NCBI GenBank assembly: GCA_036521375.1
Contig: DATDHW010000048.1
Span: forward strand, 32,345-96,344
DNA length: 64,000 bases
Origin: Candidatus Cybelea sp.
Lineage (GTDB): Bacteria; Vulcanimicrobiota; Vulcanimicrobiia; Vulcanimicrobiales; Vulcanimicrobiaceae
Direction of reading: 5' to 3'
Positions 9,280 to 17,181 of the stretch are shown here, piece after piece (the stretch's first letter is position 1; each line of letters opens with the position of its first letter). The notes beneath the pieces were generated by a model, which was not told where the DNA came from, did no database searches, and saw nothing but the letters and a program-made list of their open reading frames with translations. Both the position numbers and the translations under genes were made by a program.

Positions 9280-9753
9280 TTGGCTGAACTCGATATCCGT
9301 CAGATCTTTGAAATCTTACCGCATCGATACCCGATGCTGCTCGTGGACCGCATTCTCGAGTTCGAGCATATGGTCCGCGTGCGCGGCTATAAAAACATTA
9401 CGTACAACGAACAGGTATTCGCCGGCCACTTTCCGGGCAATCCGGTCTTACCGGGCGTTTACATGATCGAAGCGCTCGCGCAGCTCGGCGGCGCGATGAT
9501 TCTCGAACCCGGTGAGTTCTCTCGCAAGACGCCCTATCTCGCCGGCATCGACAAAGCAAAGTTCCGCCGGCCCGTCGTTCCCGGCGACCGATTGGATATG
9601 GAAGTTTCGATGCTGCGCCACAAACGCAACATCGGCTGGGTCAACGCCGAAGCGACCGTCGACGGTCAGTTCGCGTGTTCGGCCGAGATCATGTTTTCGA
9701 TCGTCTCCGACCCGCGAATGTTTGGGGTCGACTCCACCGTGCTGCACGTCTAG
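9280..9753 (+). CDS. fabZ: 3-hydroxyacyl-ACP dehydratase FabZ
   Basis: 'ILPHRYPMLLVDRILE...GYKNITYNEQVFAGHFPGNPVLPGVYMIEALAQ' is the FabZ hot-dog signature. Sits between lpxC and lpxA. Confidence 0.95.
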   Translation: MAELDIRQIFEILPHRYPMLLVDRILEFEHMVRVRGYKNITYNEQVFAGHFPGNPVLPGVYMIEALAQLGGAMILEPGEFSRKTPYLAGIDKAKFRRPVVPGDRLDMEVSMLRHKRNIGWVNAEATVDGQFACSAEIMFSIVSDPRMFGVDSTVLHV

Positions 9754-9769
9754 GGGGGCAGGCCTTCCC

Positions 9770-10537
9770 GTGCTGCATCCCACCGCGATCGTTCATCCGA
9801 GCGCGGAGATTGGAAAGAACGCCGAGATCGGGCCGTTCTGTATCGTCGGCGAGCACGTCGTAATTGGAGCGCGGACGATTTTGCAGGCGCACGTCGTCGT
9901 CAACGGCTGGACGAAGATCGGCGACGATTGTCAGCTCTATCCGTTCTCGACCGTCGGCGCCGCGTCGCAGGATCGCAAGTACGCTGGGGAGCGCGCCTAC
10001 ACTCGGATCGGCAGCCGCACCACGCTGCGCGAATACGTCAGCATACAGCGGGCGACTGGGCAAGACCAGGTGACCGCGGTCGGCGACGATTGCCTTCTGC
10101 TGGCCTACGTTCATATCGCACACAACTGCGTTTTGGGAAACAGCGTAACGATGAGCAATCTCGCGCAGCTCGCCGGCCACGTACAGGTCGCGGACTACGT
10201 TACGATCGGCGGACAGACCGGCATCCATCAGTTCACGCGCGTCGGACGGCACGCGATGGTCGGCGGGATGAGCAAGCTCACCAAAGACGTGCCGCCCTTC
10301 TTCCTCGTCGAGGGGAACCCGTGCCAGCCGTATGGACTCAACAGCGTCGGGCTTCGCCGAGCGGCCTTCTCGCCCGAAGATCGCCAAGAGATCAAGCGCT
10401 TCTATAAGCTCTTGTACGACCCGAAGCTCAACGTTTCGCAAGCGACCGAATCGATGAAGGCGCAGGTCACCACGGATCCCGGACGGGAGATCATCGCATT
10501 CCTAGAGGCGCCTTCGGAACGCGGCGTTCTCAAGTAG
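9770..10537 (+). CDS. lpxA: Acyl-ACP--UDP-N-acetylglucosamine O-acyltransferase
   Basis: GTG at 9770 is aa 87 of the listed ORF and lies 16 nt after the fabZ stop. 'VLHPTAIVHPSAEIGKNAEIGPFCIVGEHVVIG' hexapeptide repeats. C-terminal helical domain 'GLNSVGLRRAAFSPEDRQEIKRFYKLLY'. The upstream 86 codons overlap fabZ and look off-frame. Confidence 0.9.
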   Translation: MLHPTAIVHPSAEIGKNAEIGPFCIVGEHVVIGARTILQAHVVVNGWTKIGDDCQLYPFSTVGAASQDRKYAGERAYTRIGSRTTLREYVSIQRATGQDQVTAVGDDCLLLAYVHIAHNCVLGNSVTMSNLAQLAGHVQVADYVTIGGQTGIHQFTRVGRHAMVGGMSKLTKDVPPFFLVEGNPCQPYGLNSVGLRRAAFSPEDRQEIKRFYKLLYDPKLNVSQATESMKAQVTTDPGREIIAFLEAPSERGVLK

Positions 10538-10549
10538 ATCGAGCGCTCA

Positions 10550-11659
10550 CTGAAATACTTCATCTCGACCGGGGAGCCGTCCGGAGAGGCTAGCGGGGTT
10601 TCGCTGGCAGAGGCGATTCGACGCTGCGATCCCGACGCGCAGTTCGAAGGAATCGGTGCGGCGCCGATGCGCGCGGCCCGTGTACGGTTGTGGCGCGACC
10701 ACAGCGGGTGGGCGAGCATGGGTCCGGCCGCGGCGATTCCACGCATTCCCAAACTGCTGCTGGCGATGCTGCAGACGGCCGCACATATCGTCGCGTCGAA
10801 GCCCGACCTGGTCGTGCTCGTCGACTTCGGCGTCTTCAATCTCCGGCTGGCCCGCCAACTGCGGCGCATGAACTATGCAGGCCCGATCCTCGATCTTTTT
10901 CCGCCGGGAACCTGGCTGGATGACGAGGTGAAGGCGCGCCGCGTCAGCGCTGCTTGCGTTCCAGTGACGGCCTTCAAACATCAGTACGACTTTTATCGCG
11001 GGCTCGGATGCCGCATCGAATTCTTTGGCCATCCTCTGACCGGGCACTACGCGCTGCGCCCGCGAAAGCCGCCGCCGCCCCCCGACGGGGGAAAGGTAGC
11101 GATGCTTCCGGGCAGCCGGGGCGGAGAGCTGCGGCGGCACCTGCCGCTGCTGCTGGCGGCGTTTGCCCGGCTTGCTGCGCACCGGCCCAACCTGGAGGGC
11201 GTGATTGGTGCGGCAAACGCGCGCGCCCAGCAGCGCATCGCCCAGACGATCGCACGTGAAGGGTTACCGCGGGTACGGATGACGCGCGGCGTAGCGGAGG
11301 CCTTGCACGGCGCGGACGGCGCTTGGGTCTGTTCGGGCACGGCCGTCCTCGAAACGGCGCTGCTCGGCGTTCCCGCGGTCGCGCTGTACGTGATTCCGCC
11401 GGCGCTCATTTGGTACGGCAAGCGCATGATCAGGCATCGCTACATAACGCTGCCGAATCTCGTGTTGGGGCGCGAAGTCATTCCGGAGCTGCTGCAAGAC
11501 GACGCAACGCCCGAGCGTCTCGCGCAGACGCTCGAAGGGCTGATGACCGACTCGGCCCGCCAGTACGCTGACTATGCGGAGATGCGCGAAGCACTCGGTC
11601 CCAGCGATGCGCTCGAACGCTGCGCGACGTTCGCGGTCGAACTCGCGCGTGCCGGTTGA
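10550..11659 (+). CDS. lpxB: Lipid-A-disaccharide synthase (GT19); the start is most likely the in-frame CTG at 10550
   Basis: LpxB blocks 'LPGSRGGELRRHLP', 'SGTAVLETALLGVPAVALY' and 'YITLPNLVLGREVIPELLQ'. The conserved N-terminal 'FISTGEPSGE' motif is encoded at 10559-10588. That is upstream of the first ATG/GTG/TTG (10667) and downstream of the in-frame stop at 10535-10537. Confidence 0.85.
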   Translation: MKYFISTGEPSGEASGVSLAEAIRRCDPDAQFEGIGAAPMRAARVRLWRDHSGWASMGPAAAIPRIPKLLLAMLQTAAHIVASKPDLVVLVDFGVFNLRLARQLRRMNYAGPILDLFPPGTWLDDEVKARRVSAACVPVTAFKHQYDFYRGLGCRIEFFGHPLTGHYALRPRKPPPPPDGGKVAMLPGSRGGELRRHLPLLLAAFARLAAHRPNLEGVIGAANARAQQRIAQTIAREGLPRVRMTRGVAEALHGADGAWVCSGTAVLETALLGVPAVALYVIPPALIWYGKRMIRHRYITLPNLVLGREVIPELLQDDATPERLAQTLEGLMTDSARQYADYAEMREALGPSDALERCATFAVELARAG

Positions 11660-12414
11660 CGCGCGCGGGCGTGCTTCGCATCTACCATACGTCCGATCTT
11701 CACGACCATCGGGGATTCGCACCGCGTCTGCGCGCGTTGCGCGCGCAGCGTCCCGGGCTCTTATTCGACTGCGGCGATTCGCTGCGCGGCAGCCAAACCG
11801 TCTACCATCGCAGCGAGCCGGTCGTCGGCGAACTCGGCGAAGCCGGCTACGACGCGCAGAGCATAGGCAACCGCGAGTTCCACTATCTGTTTGCGCTCTT
11901 GCGCGCACGCGCGCGGATGATGGGCTATCCGCTGGTCTGCACGAACCTGCGCGACGTCAAGGGACGCGAGCTGCCCTTTGCGCAGTCGCTGCGCTTCGTC
12001 GTGCCCGACGGTATGGGCGGATCTTACCGCGTGCACGTCCTGGGCTTGCTGATCATGCAGTATCCCGTCGGCAGCCCCTGGGAACGCGTCTTCGGCTGGC
12101 GCTTTTTGGATCCGTGGGATGCGATTGCCCCGTACGCTGCCGCGCTGGGACCGCGCGAGCCCCTCGTCGTGCTCTCGCATCTGGGGCTTTCGCTCGACGT
12201 AAAACTCGCACAGCGCGTACCCCGGATCGATTTGCTTCTGGGCGGGCATAGCCACGACACGCTTGCGCAGCCGCGCTACGCCGGCGACGTGCCGATCGTT
12301 CACGCCGGCCCGTACGGAGAGTTCGTCTCGCGCAGCGAGCTCGTCTATACGCCGGGGCGGGGCCGATTCGTGCTGGCTGACTTCGCGCTGCTGCCGTTGC
12401 TGGAAGCATCGTGA
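11656..12414 (+). CDS. Calcineurin-like metallophosphoesterase, UshA/5'-nucleotidase N-domain type (no signal peptide)
   Basis: Ordered metallophosphoesterase motifs 'HTSDLHDH', 'DCGDSLRGS', 'GNREFH', 'VLSHLG' and 'LGGHSHD'. The start overlaps the lpxB stop (TTGA), and the stop overlaps the next gene's start. Confidence 0.7.
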   Translation: MTRAGVLRIYHTSDLHDHRGFAPRLRALRAQRPGLLFDCGDSLRGSQTVYHRSEPVVGELGEAGYDAQSIGNREFHYLFALLRARARMMGYPLVCTNLRDVKGRELPFAQSLRFVVPDGMGGSYRVHVLGLLIMQYPVGSPWERVFGWRFLDPWDAIAPYAAALGPREPLVVLSHLGLSLDVKLAQRVPRIDLLLGGHSHDTLAQPRYAGDVPIVHAGPYGEFVSRSELVYTPGRGRFVLADFALLPLLEAS

Positions 12415-13574
12415 CGCGGCTGCTCTTCGTCTCGAACGGACACGGCGAGGCGGCCATCGCCGATCGCATCGCTCTCGAGGTGCGCGAGATGGAGCCCGAG
12501 TCGATCCGCGACCATCTTGCATTAGTGGGCGTGAGCGCGGCGGAGTCCATGCGAGAGGTTGGGCCGCGCCGCGCGATGCCCAGCGGCGGTTTGATCGCGA
12601 TGGGCAACGTCGGGAATCTGCTGCGCGATTTGCGCGCGGGGCTTTTATCGCTGGTGGCGGCGCAGCGACGTTTTCTGCGCTCGGTGCGCGGATCGTACGA
12701 CGCCGTAGTTGCCGTGGGTGACGTCTATTGCTTGGCGATGGCGCGGCGCGCGCAAACGAAGACGGCTTTCGTGGGCACGGCGAAAAGCGTGAGCGTCGCG
12801 CCCTACGGAAGGTTCGAAAAGCGTCTGCTCTCGCGCGCGCAGGTGTGCTTCGTCCGGGACGGCGCGACGGCACGTGCGCTGCGCGAAGACGGAGTGAACG
12901 TCGAGCCAAGCGCAAACGTGATCGTCGATCTCTTCGCTAACGCAAGGGATGCCGACGCGGCCCGCGCGCACGCCGGTTTCGATCCCGCGCTCGCGCTCTT
13001 CCCCGGAAGCCGCCCCAGCGCGTACGGCGACGCCGCCTTCTTACTGCAGGTCGTTGCAGAGGTCGCGGCCGCGCATCCGGCGGCCGGCGCCGTGCTCTCG
13101 ATCGCCCCGGGGCTCGATCCGCAGTGCTTCGCAACGCAAGCGCGGCGTGCCGGCTGGGAGGTACGCGACGGACTCTCTGCGCGAATCCCGTTCGTGCTGT
13201 GCGCAAACGGACGAGCCGTCGTGCGGGCGTGGAACGGGCCGCTCGGCGCGCTGCTCGCGCGCGCCGACCTCGTTCTCGGACAGGCCGGGACGGCTAACGA
13301 AGGCGCAGCGGCGGCGGGCGTTCCGGTCGTTGCTTTCGATCGCGAACGCGACACCGGGTCGCGCTGGTACCGCCGGCGGCAGCAGGGCCTGCTCGACGGC
13401 GCACTCGCCGTTCTTCCCGGCGATCTTCCCACGGCGGTCGGCGGCGTTCTCGACCTCTTGAACGATCCCGATCGACGCGCGCGGATGGCCGAGATAGGGC
13501 GCGCGCGCATGGGGAGCCCGGGCGGCGCGCGGCGCATTGCCGCGACTATCCTGGCGCTCGCGCGCGGCGGCTGA
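12411..13574 (+). CDS. Lipid-A-disaccharide-synthase-related glycosyltransferase (LpxB paralog family)
   Basis: N-terminal 'LLFVSNGHGEAAIADRIA' and C-terminal 'LVLGQAGTANEGAAAAGVPVVAF' match my recollection of the cyanobacterial-type 'LpxB-related protein' family. GT-B-like length (387 aa). Confidence 0.55.
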   Translation: MTRLLFVSNGHGEAAIADRIALEVREMEPESIRDHLALVGVSAAESMREVGPRRAMPSGGLIAMGNVGNLLRDLRAGLLSLVAAQRRFLRSVRGSYDAVVAVGDVYCLAMARRAQTKTAFVGTAKSVSVAPYGRFEKRLLSRAQVCFVRDGATARALREDGVNVEPSANVIVDLFANARDADAARAHAGFDPALALFPGSRPSAYGDAAFLLQVVAEVAAAHPAAGAVLSIAPGLDPQCFATQARRAGWEVRDGLSARIPFVLCANGRAVVRAWNGPLGALLARADLVLGQAGTANEGAAAAGVPVVAFDRERDTGSRWYRRRQQGLLDGALAVLPGDLPTAVGGVLDLLNDPDRRARMAEIGRARMGSPGGARRIAATILALARGG

Positions 13575-14764
13575 TGCGGCGCTTCATTCCCCCCGGCCTC
13601 GCGCTGATCTACTCGGCGCTTCCGCTTTTTCCAAGCTTCATCGCGCTGACCGGGGTGGCGTTTCCCGGCGTGTCGCTGCTGCCTATTCCGGCGACGCTCG
13701 CGGTGCTCGGCGGCTGCTGCATTCTTGCCGTTTACGCGATCGTCATGCTCGCACGATATCCGCTGCGCGGCTCGCAGCCGCTGTTTTTGCCGTTGCTCTC
13801 GATCTTCGCTGCGGGTTTGCTCGCAGGATGCTTGGGCTTCGATCCGCGCTCCGGTCTGCTCTTCACCTGCATCGGCGGCCTCGGCATCATTTGGCACTGC
13901 TCGATCATGCGCTTCTACGGCGATCGCTTCGCGGCGGCAGCGCTCTTCTGCGCATATCTCCTCTCGGGAGGCATCGCGGCGGCGGTTGCGATCGCAACGG
14001 TCGTGCTGCGCGTACCGGCGGCACTCTATGCGCTGCAGCACGGGCGTGCGACCGGAACGTTCATCCTGCCCGGAGAGCTCGCGGGGTACCTGATCGTGCT
14101 GCTGCCGGTCGCCTTTGCCGTCGCGCGCGTTGCGAGTCTGCCGGCGATTCGAGCGTTGGCATGGAGCGTCTTCGGCGTCGGACTCGTTGCGCTGGTGATG
14201 ACGTTTTCGCGCGCCGGATGGATGGGCGCGGCGGCCGCGGCGGCCTTCCTGGTCGCGGTGCGTACCCGTCGTCCCGCGGTCGCTGCGGCGGTCGCCGCTA
14301 CCGGCCTTTTGGCGATCGTGCTGCTCTTCAACGCGCATCACGATCCGAGCGAAGACTACACGCGCCTCTCGATCTGGCAGGCGGCGATCGAGATCATCAA
14401 CAGATTCCCGCTGCTGGGTGTCGGCCCGTTCAACTTCTCACATCTCTACGCGCTCGTCCGCGCGCCCGACGGGGATCCGACGGCATTTCACGCTCACAGC
14501 CTCTATCTTACGTTTTTCGCCGAGTTCGGACTCGTCGGAGTCGCCGCGGTCGCCTGGACGATGTGGCGATTCGCGCAAGAACTGCAGCGGCGGCTCGCGA
14601 CCGCCACGCCATCGGCGGCGCTGCTTTCCTGCAGCATCACTGCCGGCCTGGTCGGGGTAGGCGTCCAAGGCCTGATCGACACCGTGAGCGTGGTAATCTT
14701 TGGACTATGGATGCCCACGCTGGCCCTTGCGCTCGCCACGGCGGCCTCTCGCGAGGTTCCCTAG
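13574..14764 (+). CDS. O-antigen ligase (WaaL/Wzy_C)-like polytopic membrane protein
   Basis: About 10 hydrophobic segments. Wzy_C-type blocks 'MTFSRAGWMGAAAAAAFL' and 'AFHAHSLYLTFFAEFGLVGV'. ATGA-type overlap with the upstream gene. Confidence 0.7.
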   Translation: MRRFIPPGLALIYSALPLFPSFIALTGVAFPGVSLLPIPATLAVLGGCCILAVYAIVMLARYPLRGSQPLFLPLLSIFAAGLLAGCLGFDPRSGLLFTCIGGLGIIWHCSIMRFYGDRFAAAALFCAYLLSGGIAAAVAIATVVLRVPAALYALQHGRATGTFILPGELAGYLIVLLPVAFAVARVASLPAIRALAWSVFGVGLVALVMTFSRAGWMGAAAAAAFLVAVRTRRPAVAAAVAATGLLAIVLLFNAHHDPSEDYTRLSIWQAAIEIINRFPLLGVGPFNFSHLYALVRAPDGDPTAFHAHSLYLTFFAEFGLVGVAAVAWTMWRFAQELQRRLATATPSAALLSCSITAGLVGVGVQGLIDTVSVVIFGLWMPTLALALATAASREVP

Positions 14765-15312
14765 TGCGGCTCACTCGAGCGGCTGCGGCGCTCGTTGCGA
14801 CGACGCTGTGCGCGTGTAACCCGCAGGCACCCAAAAGCTCGCCATCGCCCCGGCCGCGCGCAGCGCCGCATGCCAAGGGCACCCCGCTCACCCTCGTGGT
14901 CACCGGGAAAGGCACGGCCAATCGTCCGATCCATTTCATTCAGCAAGTCCACAACCGCATAAACTACGATCTGCTTGCGAGCTCGTACGAGAGCAAGGGC
15001 CCGCAGAACAGCATGCGCTCGGTCTTCTCGGATGCCCGGGTTACGTTTCGGGACCCGAAAGGCTCCAGGATCACGGCCAGCGCTCCGCAAGCCGTCGTCG
15101 ATCAGACCGCGAACACCGTCACGTTGACCGGCGGCGTGGCGGCTCACACGGCGGCCGGCATGACGCTGCACTGCGACGAGCTCGTTTATCGTCGAGACAA
15201 CGCTAGCTTACACGGAGACGGCAACGTAGTGATTACCGACCCCAAAGGCTTTCGTGCAACCGGGTCCAGTTTCGATTCCGATATTTCGCTGACGCACATG
15301 CGGATGCAATGA
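14764..15312 (+). CDS. LptC/LptA-like (OstA-fold) LPS transport lipoprotein
   Basis: An in-frame GTG at 14764 overlaps the stop of the ligase-like gene. Signal/lipobox '[12 protein letters not shown]'. Beta-rich repeats '[33 protein letters not shown]...[28 protein letters not shown]'. Immediately upstream of and overlapping lptB. The upstream 409 codons of the listed ORF 13537..15312 are an R-rich off-frame artefact. Confidence 0.5.
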   Translation: MRLTRAAAALVATTLCACNPQAPKSSPSPRPRAAPHAKGTPLTLVVTGKGTANRPIHFIQQVHNRINYDLLASSYESKGPQNSMRSVFSDARVTFRDPKGSRITASAPQAVVDQTANTVTLTGGVAAHTAAGMTLHCDELVYRRDNASLHGDGNVVITDPKGFRATGSSFDSDISLTHMRMQ

Positions 15313-16052
15313 GCCACGTCCCCTCGATCAAGGTGCGCGGGCTCGTTAAACGCTACGGCGAGCGCACCGTCGTCAACGGCGTTACGGCCGGAGTAGAGAC
15401 GGGTGAAGTCGTCGGCCTGCTCGGGCCCAACGGAGCCGGCAAGACGACGACGTTCTACATGGTCGTCGGGCTCGTCAAGCCCGACGGCGGAAGCGTGCTC
15501 CTGACCAACGGCGATCGCGAGATCGATCTGACCGGCGCGCCGATGTACGCGCGCGCGCGAAACGGTATCGGATATCTCGCGCAAGAGAACTCGATCTTCC
15601 GCAAGCTCTCCGTGGGCGACAACATCCGCCTGATCTGGGAGCAAAACGGCGTCCCGCACGACGAGCGCGAGCGGCGGCTGCCGGCATTGCTCGAAGAGTT
15701 CGGTTTGCGCGCTTTCGTCGACGCGCGCGGGGACAGCCTTTCCGGAGGCGAGCGGCGGCGCGTCGAGATCGCGAGGGCCTTGGCGATCGAACCGTCGTTC
15801 CTCTTGCTCGACGAGCCCTTCACCGGCATCGATCCGATTGCCGTCGCCGATATCCAAGCGATGATCCGTCAGCTGCGCGACCGCGGTCTCGGGATCCTCA
15901 TTACCGATCACCAAGTGCGCGAAACGCTCGCGATCGTCGACCGCGCGTACATCCTCAACAACGGGCGAATCGAGGTCTCGGGCTCCGCGCAAGAAGTCCT
16001 CGACTCCCCGATCGCACGCCAATTCTATCTCGGCGAAGGATTCCGGTTATAG
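15309..16052 (+). CDS. lptB: LPS export ABC transporter ATP-binding protein
   Basis: Walker A '[11 protein letters not shown]'. Signature '[15 protein letters not shown]'. Walker B 'LLLDEP'. LptB-type C-terminus '[12 protein letters not shown]'. Confidence 0.9.
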   Translation: MSHVPSIKVRGLVKRYGERTVVNGVTAGVETGEVVGLLGPNGAGKTTTFYMVVGLVKPDGGSVLLTNGDREIDLTGAPMYARARNGIGYLAQENSIFRKLSVGDNIRLIWEQNGVPHDERERRLPALLEEFGLRAFVDARGDSLSGGERRRVEIARALAIEPSFLLLDEPFTGIDPIAVADIQAMIRQLRDRGLGILITDHQVRETLAIVDRAYILNNGRIEVSGSAQEVLDSPIARQFYLGEGFRL

Positions 16053-16077
16053 CCTTTTCGGCCGGAAGAGCCGGCTA

Positions 16078-17181
16078 GTGCGCTTTACGATTCTCGATCG
16101 CTATATGCTGGCCGAGCTGGGCGGACCGTTCGTCTTCGGCCTGTCGGCGTTCATGCTCATCTTCGCGGCGACCGAGATCTTGAACATCGGCAAGCTGGTG
16201 AGCAACGATCACGCGCCGCTATGGGCGGCGCTGACGGTCTTCCTTTGGTCGCTGCCGGCCGACGTCGTGCTCGTGATTCCGATGGCGCTGCTGCTCGGCA
16301 CGCTGCTTGCGGTCCAGCGGCTCTCGGGCGAGAGCGAGATGACCGCGATGAAGGCGGCGGGAGTTACTTTCACCCGGATCGTGGCGCCGCTGTTGGCCGT
16401 CGGTATCGTCATGTCGGTGGTAACGTACTATCTCCAAGAGAGCGTCGTGCCGTATGCCAACGATCAGCTCACGGAGATCGAAAATGGGGTGATCAATCAC
16501 ATCAGCGCGTTCAACCGCGACTTGACCGTTTCGGCCCCGCTGCCCGGCGGGGGAAGACAGATGACGATCGCGACCGCGTACGAGCCGAACTCGCGCGCGC
16601 TGCTTCACGTAACGCTGATTCAATACGACAACCACAACGAGCCCCGGCAGATCATCTTTGCCGACCGGGCGGAGTTCGGCGCCGATAAGTGGACGCTGGA
16701 GAACTCCAGCGTTTATCGTTTCAGTCCCGACGGCACGACGCTCTCCGAGCCGCACATCCCGTTCCAGGAGGTCCAAATCGGCGAAAAGCCAACGGATTTG
16801 GTCAAGCGCATGAGCAACGACGATCCCGAGAATATGAGCCGATCGGAGATCGCCGACGTCGTCCGTTCCGGCCAGCTAACCGAGACCGAGCGCCGCAAGT
16901 ACGTTGCGACCTATCAGGAGAAGCTGGCGCGGCCGTTTGCGAGCTTCGTCTTCATGCTCATCGCCATACCGTTTGGACTGCGACAGATCCGGTCGAGCGG
17001 CAGCACGAGCCTCGGCTTCGGGCTCTCGCTGGCAATCGTCTTCGTTTACTACGTCGTCATGACGATCTGCTCGTTTGCGGGTGAAGCCATGCTGACGCTG
17101 GCCGCACTCTGGGCATGGATGCCGAATCTGCTGTTCACCGCGATCGGATTGTTCCGGCTGCGCCGAGCCGCAATGGTATGA
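16078..17181 (+). CDS. LptF/LptG-family LPS export permease (YjgP/YjgQ)
   Basis: 'MRFTILDRYMLAELGGPFVFGLSAFMLIF' N-terminus. Three TM segments, a periplasmic beta-jellyroll region, then three more TM segments. Follows lptB. Confidence 0.85.
   Translation: MRFTILDRYMLAELGGPFVFGLSAFMLIFAATEILNIGKLVSNDHAPLWAALTVFLWSLPADVVLVIPMALLLGTLLAVQRLSGESEMTAMKAAGVTFTRIVAPLLAVGIVMSVVTYYLQESVVPYANDQLTEIENGVINHISAFNRDLTVSAPLPGGGRQMTIATAYEPNSRALLHVTLIQYDNHNEPRQIIFADRAEFGADKWTLENSSVYRFSPDGTTLSEPHIPFQEVQIGEKPTDLVKRMSNDDPENMSRSEIADVVRSGQLTETERRKYVATYQEKLARPFASFVFMLIAIPFGLRQIRSSGSTSLGFGLSLAIVFVYYVVMTICSFAGEAMLTLAALWAWMPNLLFTAIGLFRLRRAAMV

Noticed and set aside
12803-14341. 512-aa minus-strand ORF (and the neighbouring 11761..12915, 384 aa)
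   Set aside because: It is extremely Arg/Ala/Ser/Pro-rich low-complexity sequence with no motifs. It lies exactly antisense to well-supported plus-strand genes (metallophosphoesterase, LpxB-like GT, O-antigen-ligase-like). This is a typical stop-free antisense frame in high-G+C DNA.
13537-14763. First ~409 codons of the 591-aa plus-strand ORF 13537..15312
   Set aside because: It is an R/A/G-rich off-frame read-through of the O-antigen-ligase-like gene. Only the last 182 codons (from GTG 14764) give a sensible lipoprotein with OstA-like strands.
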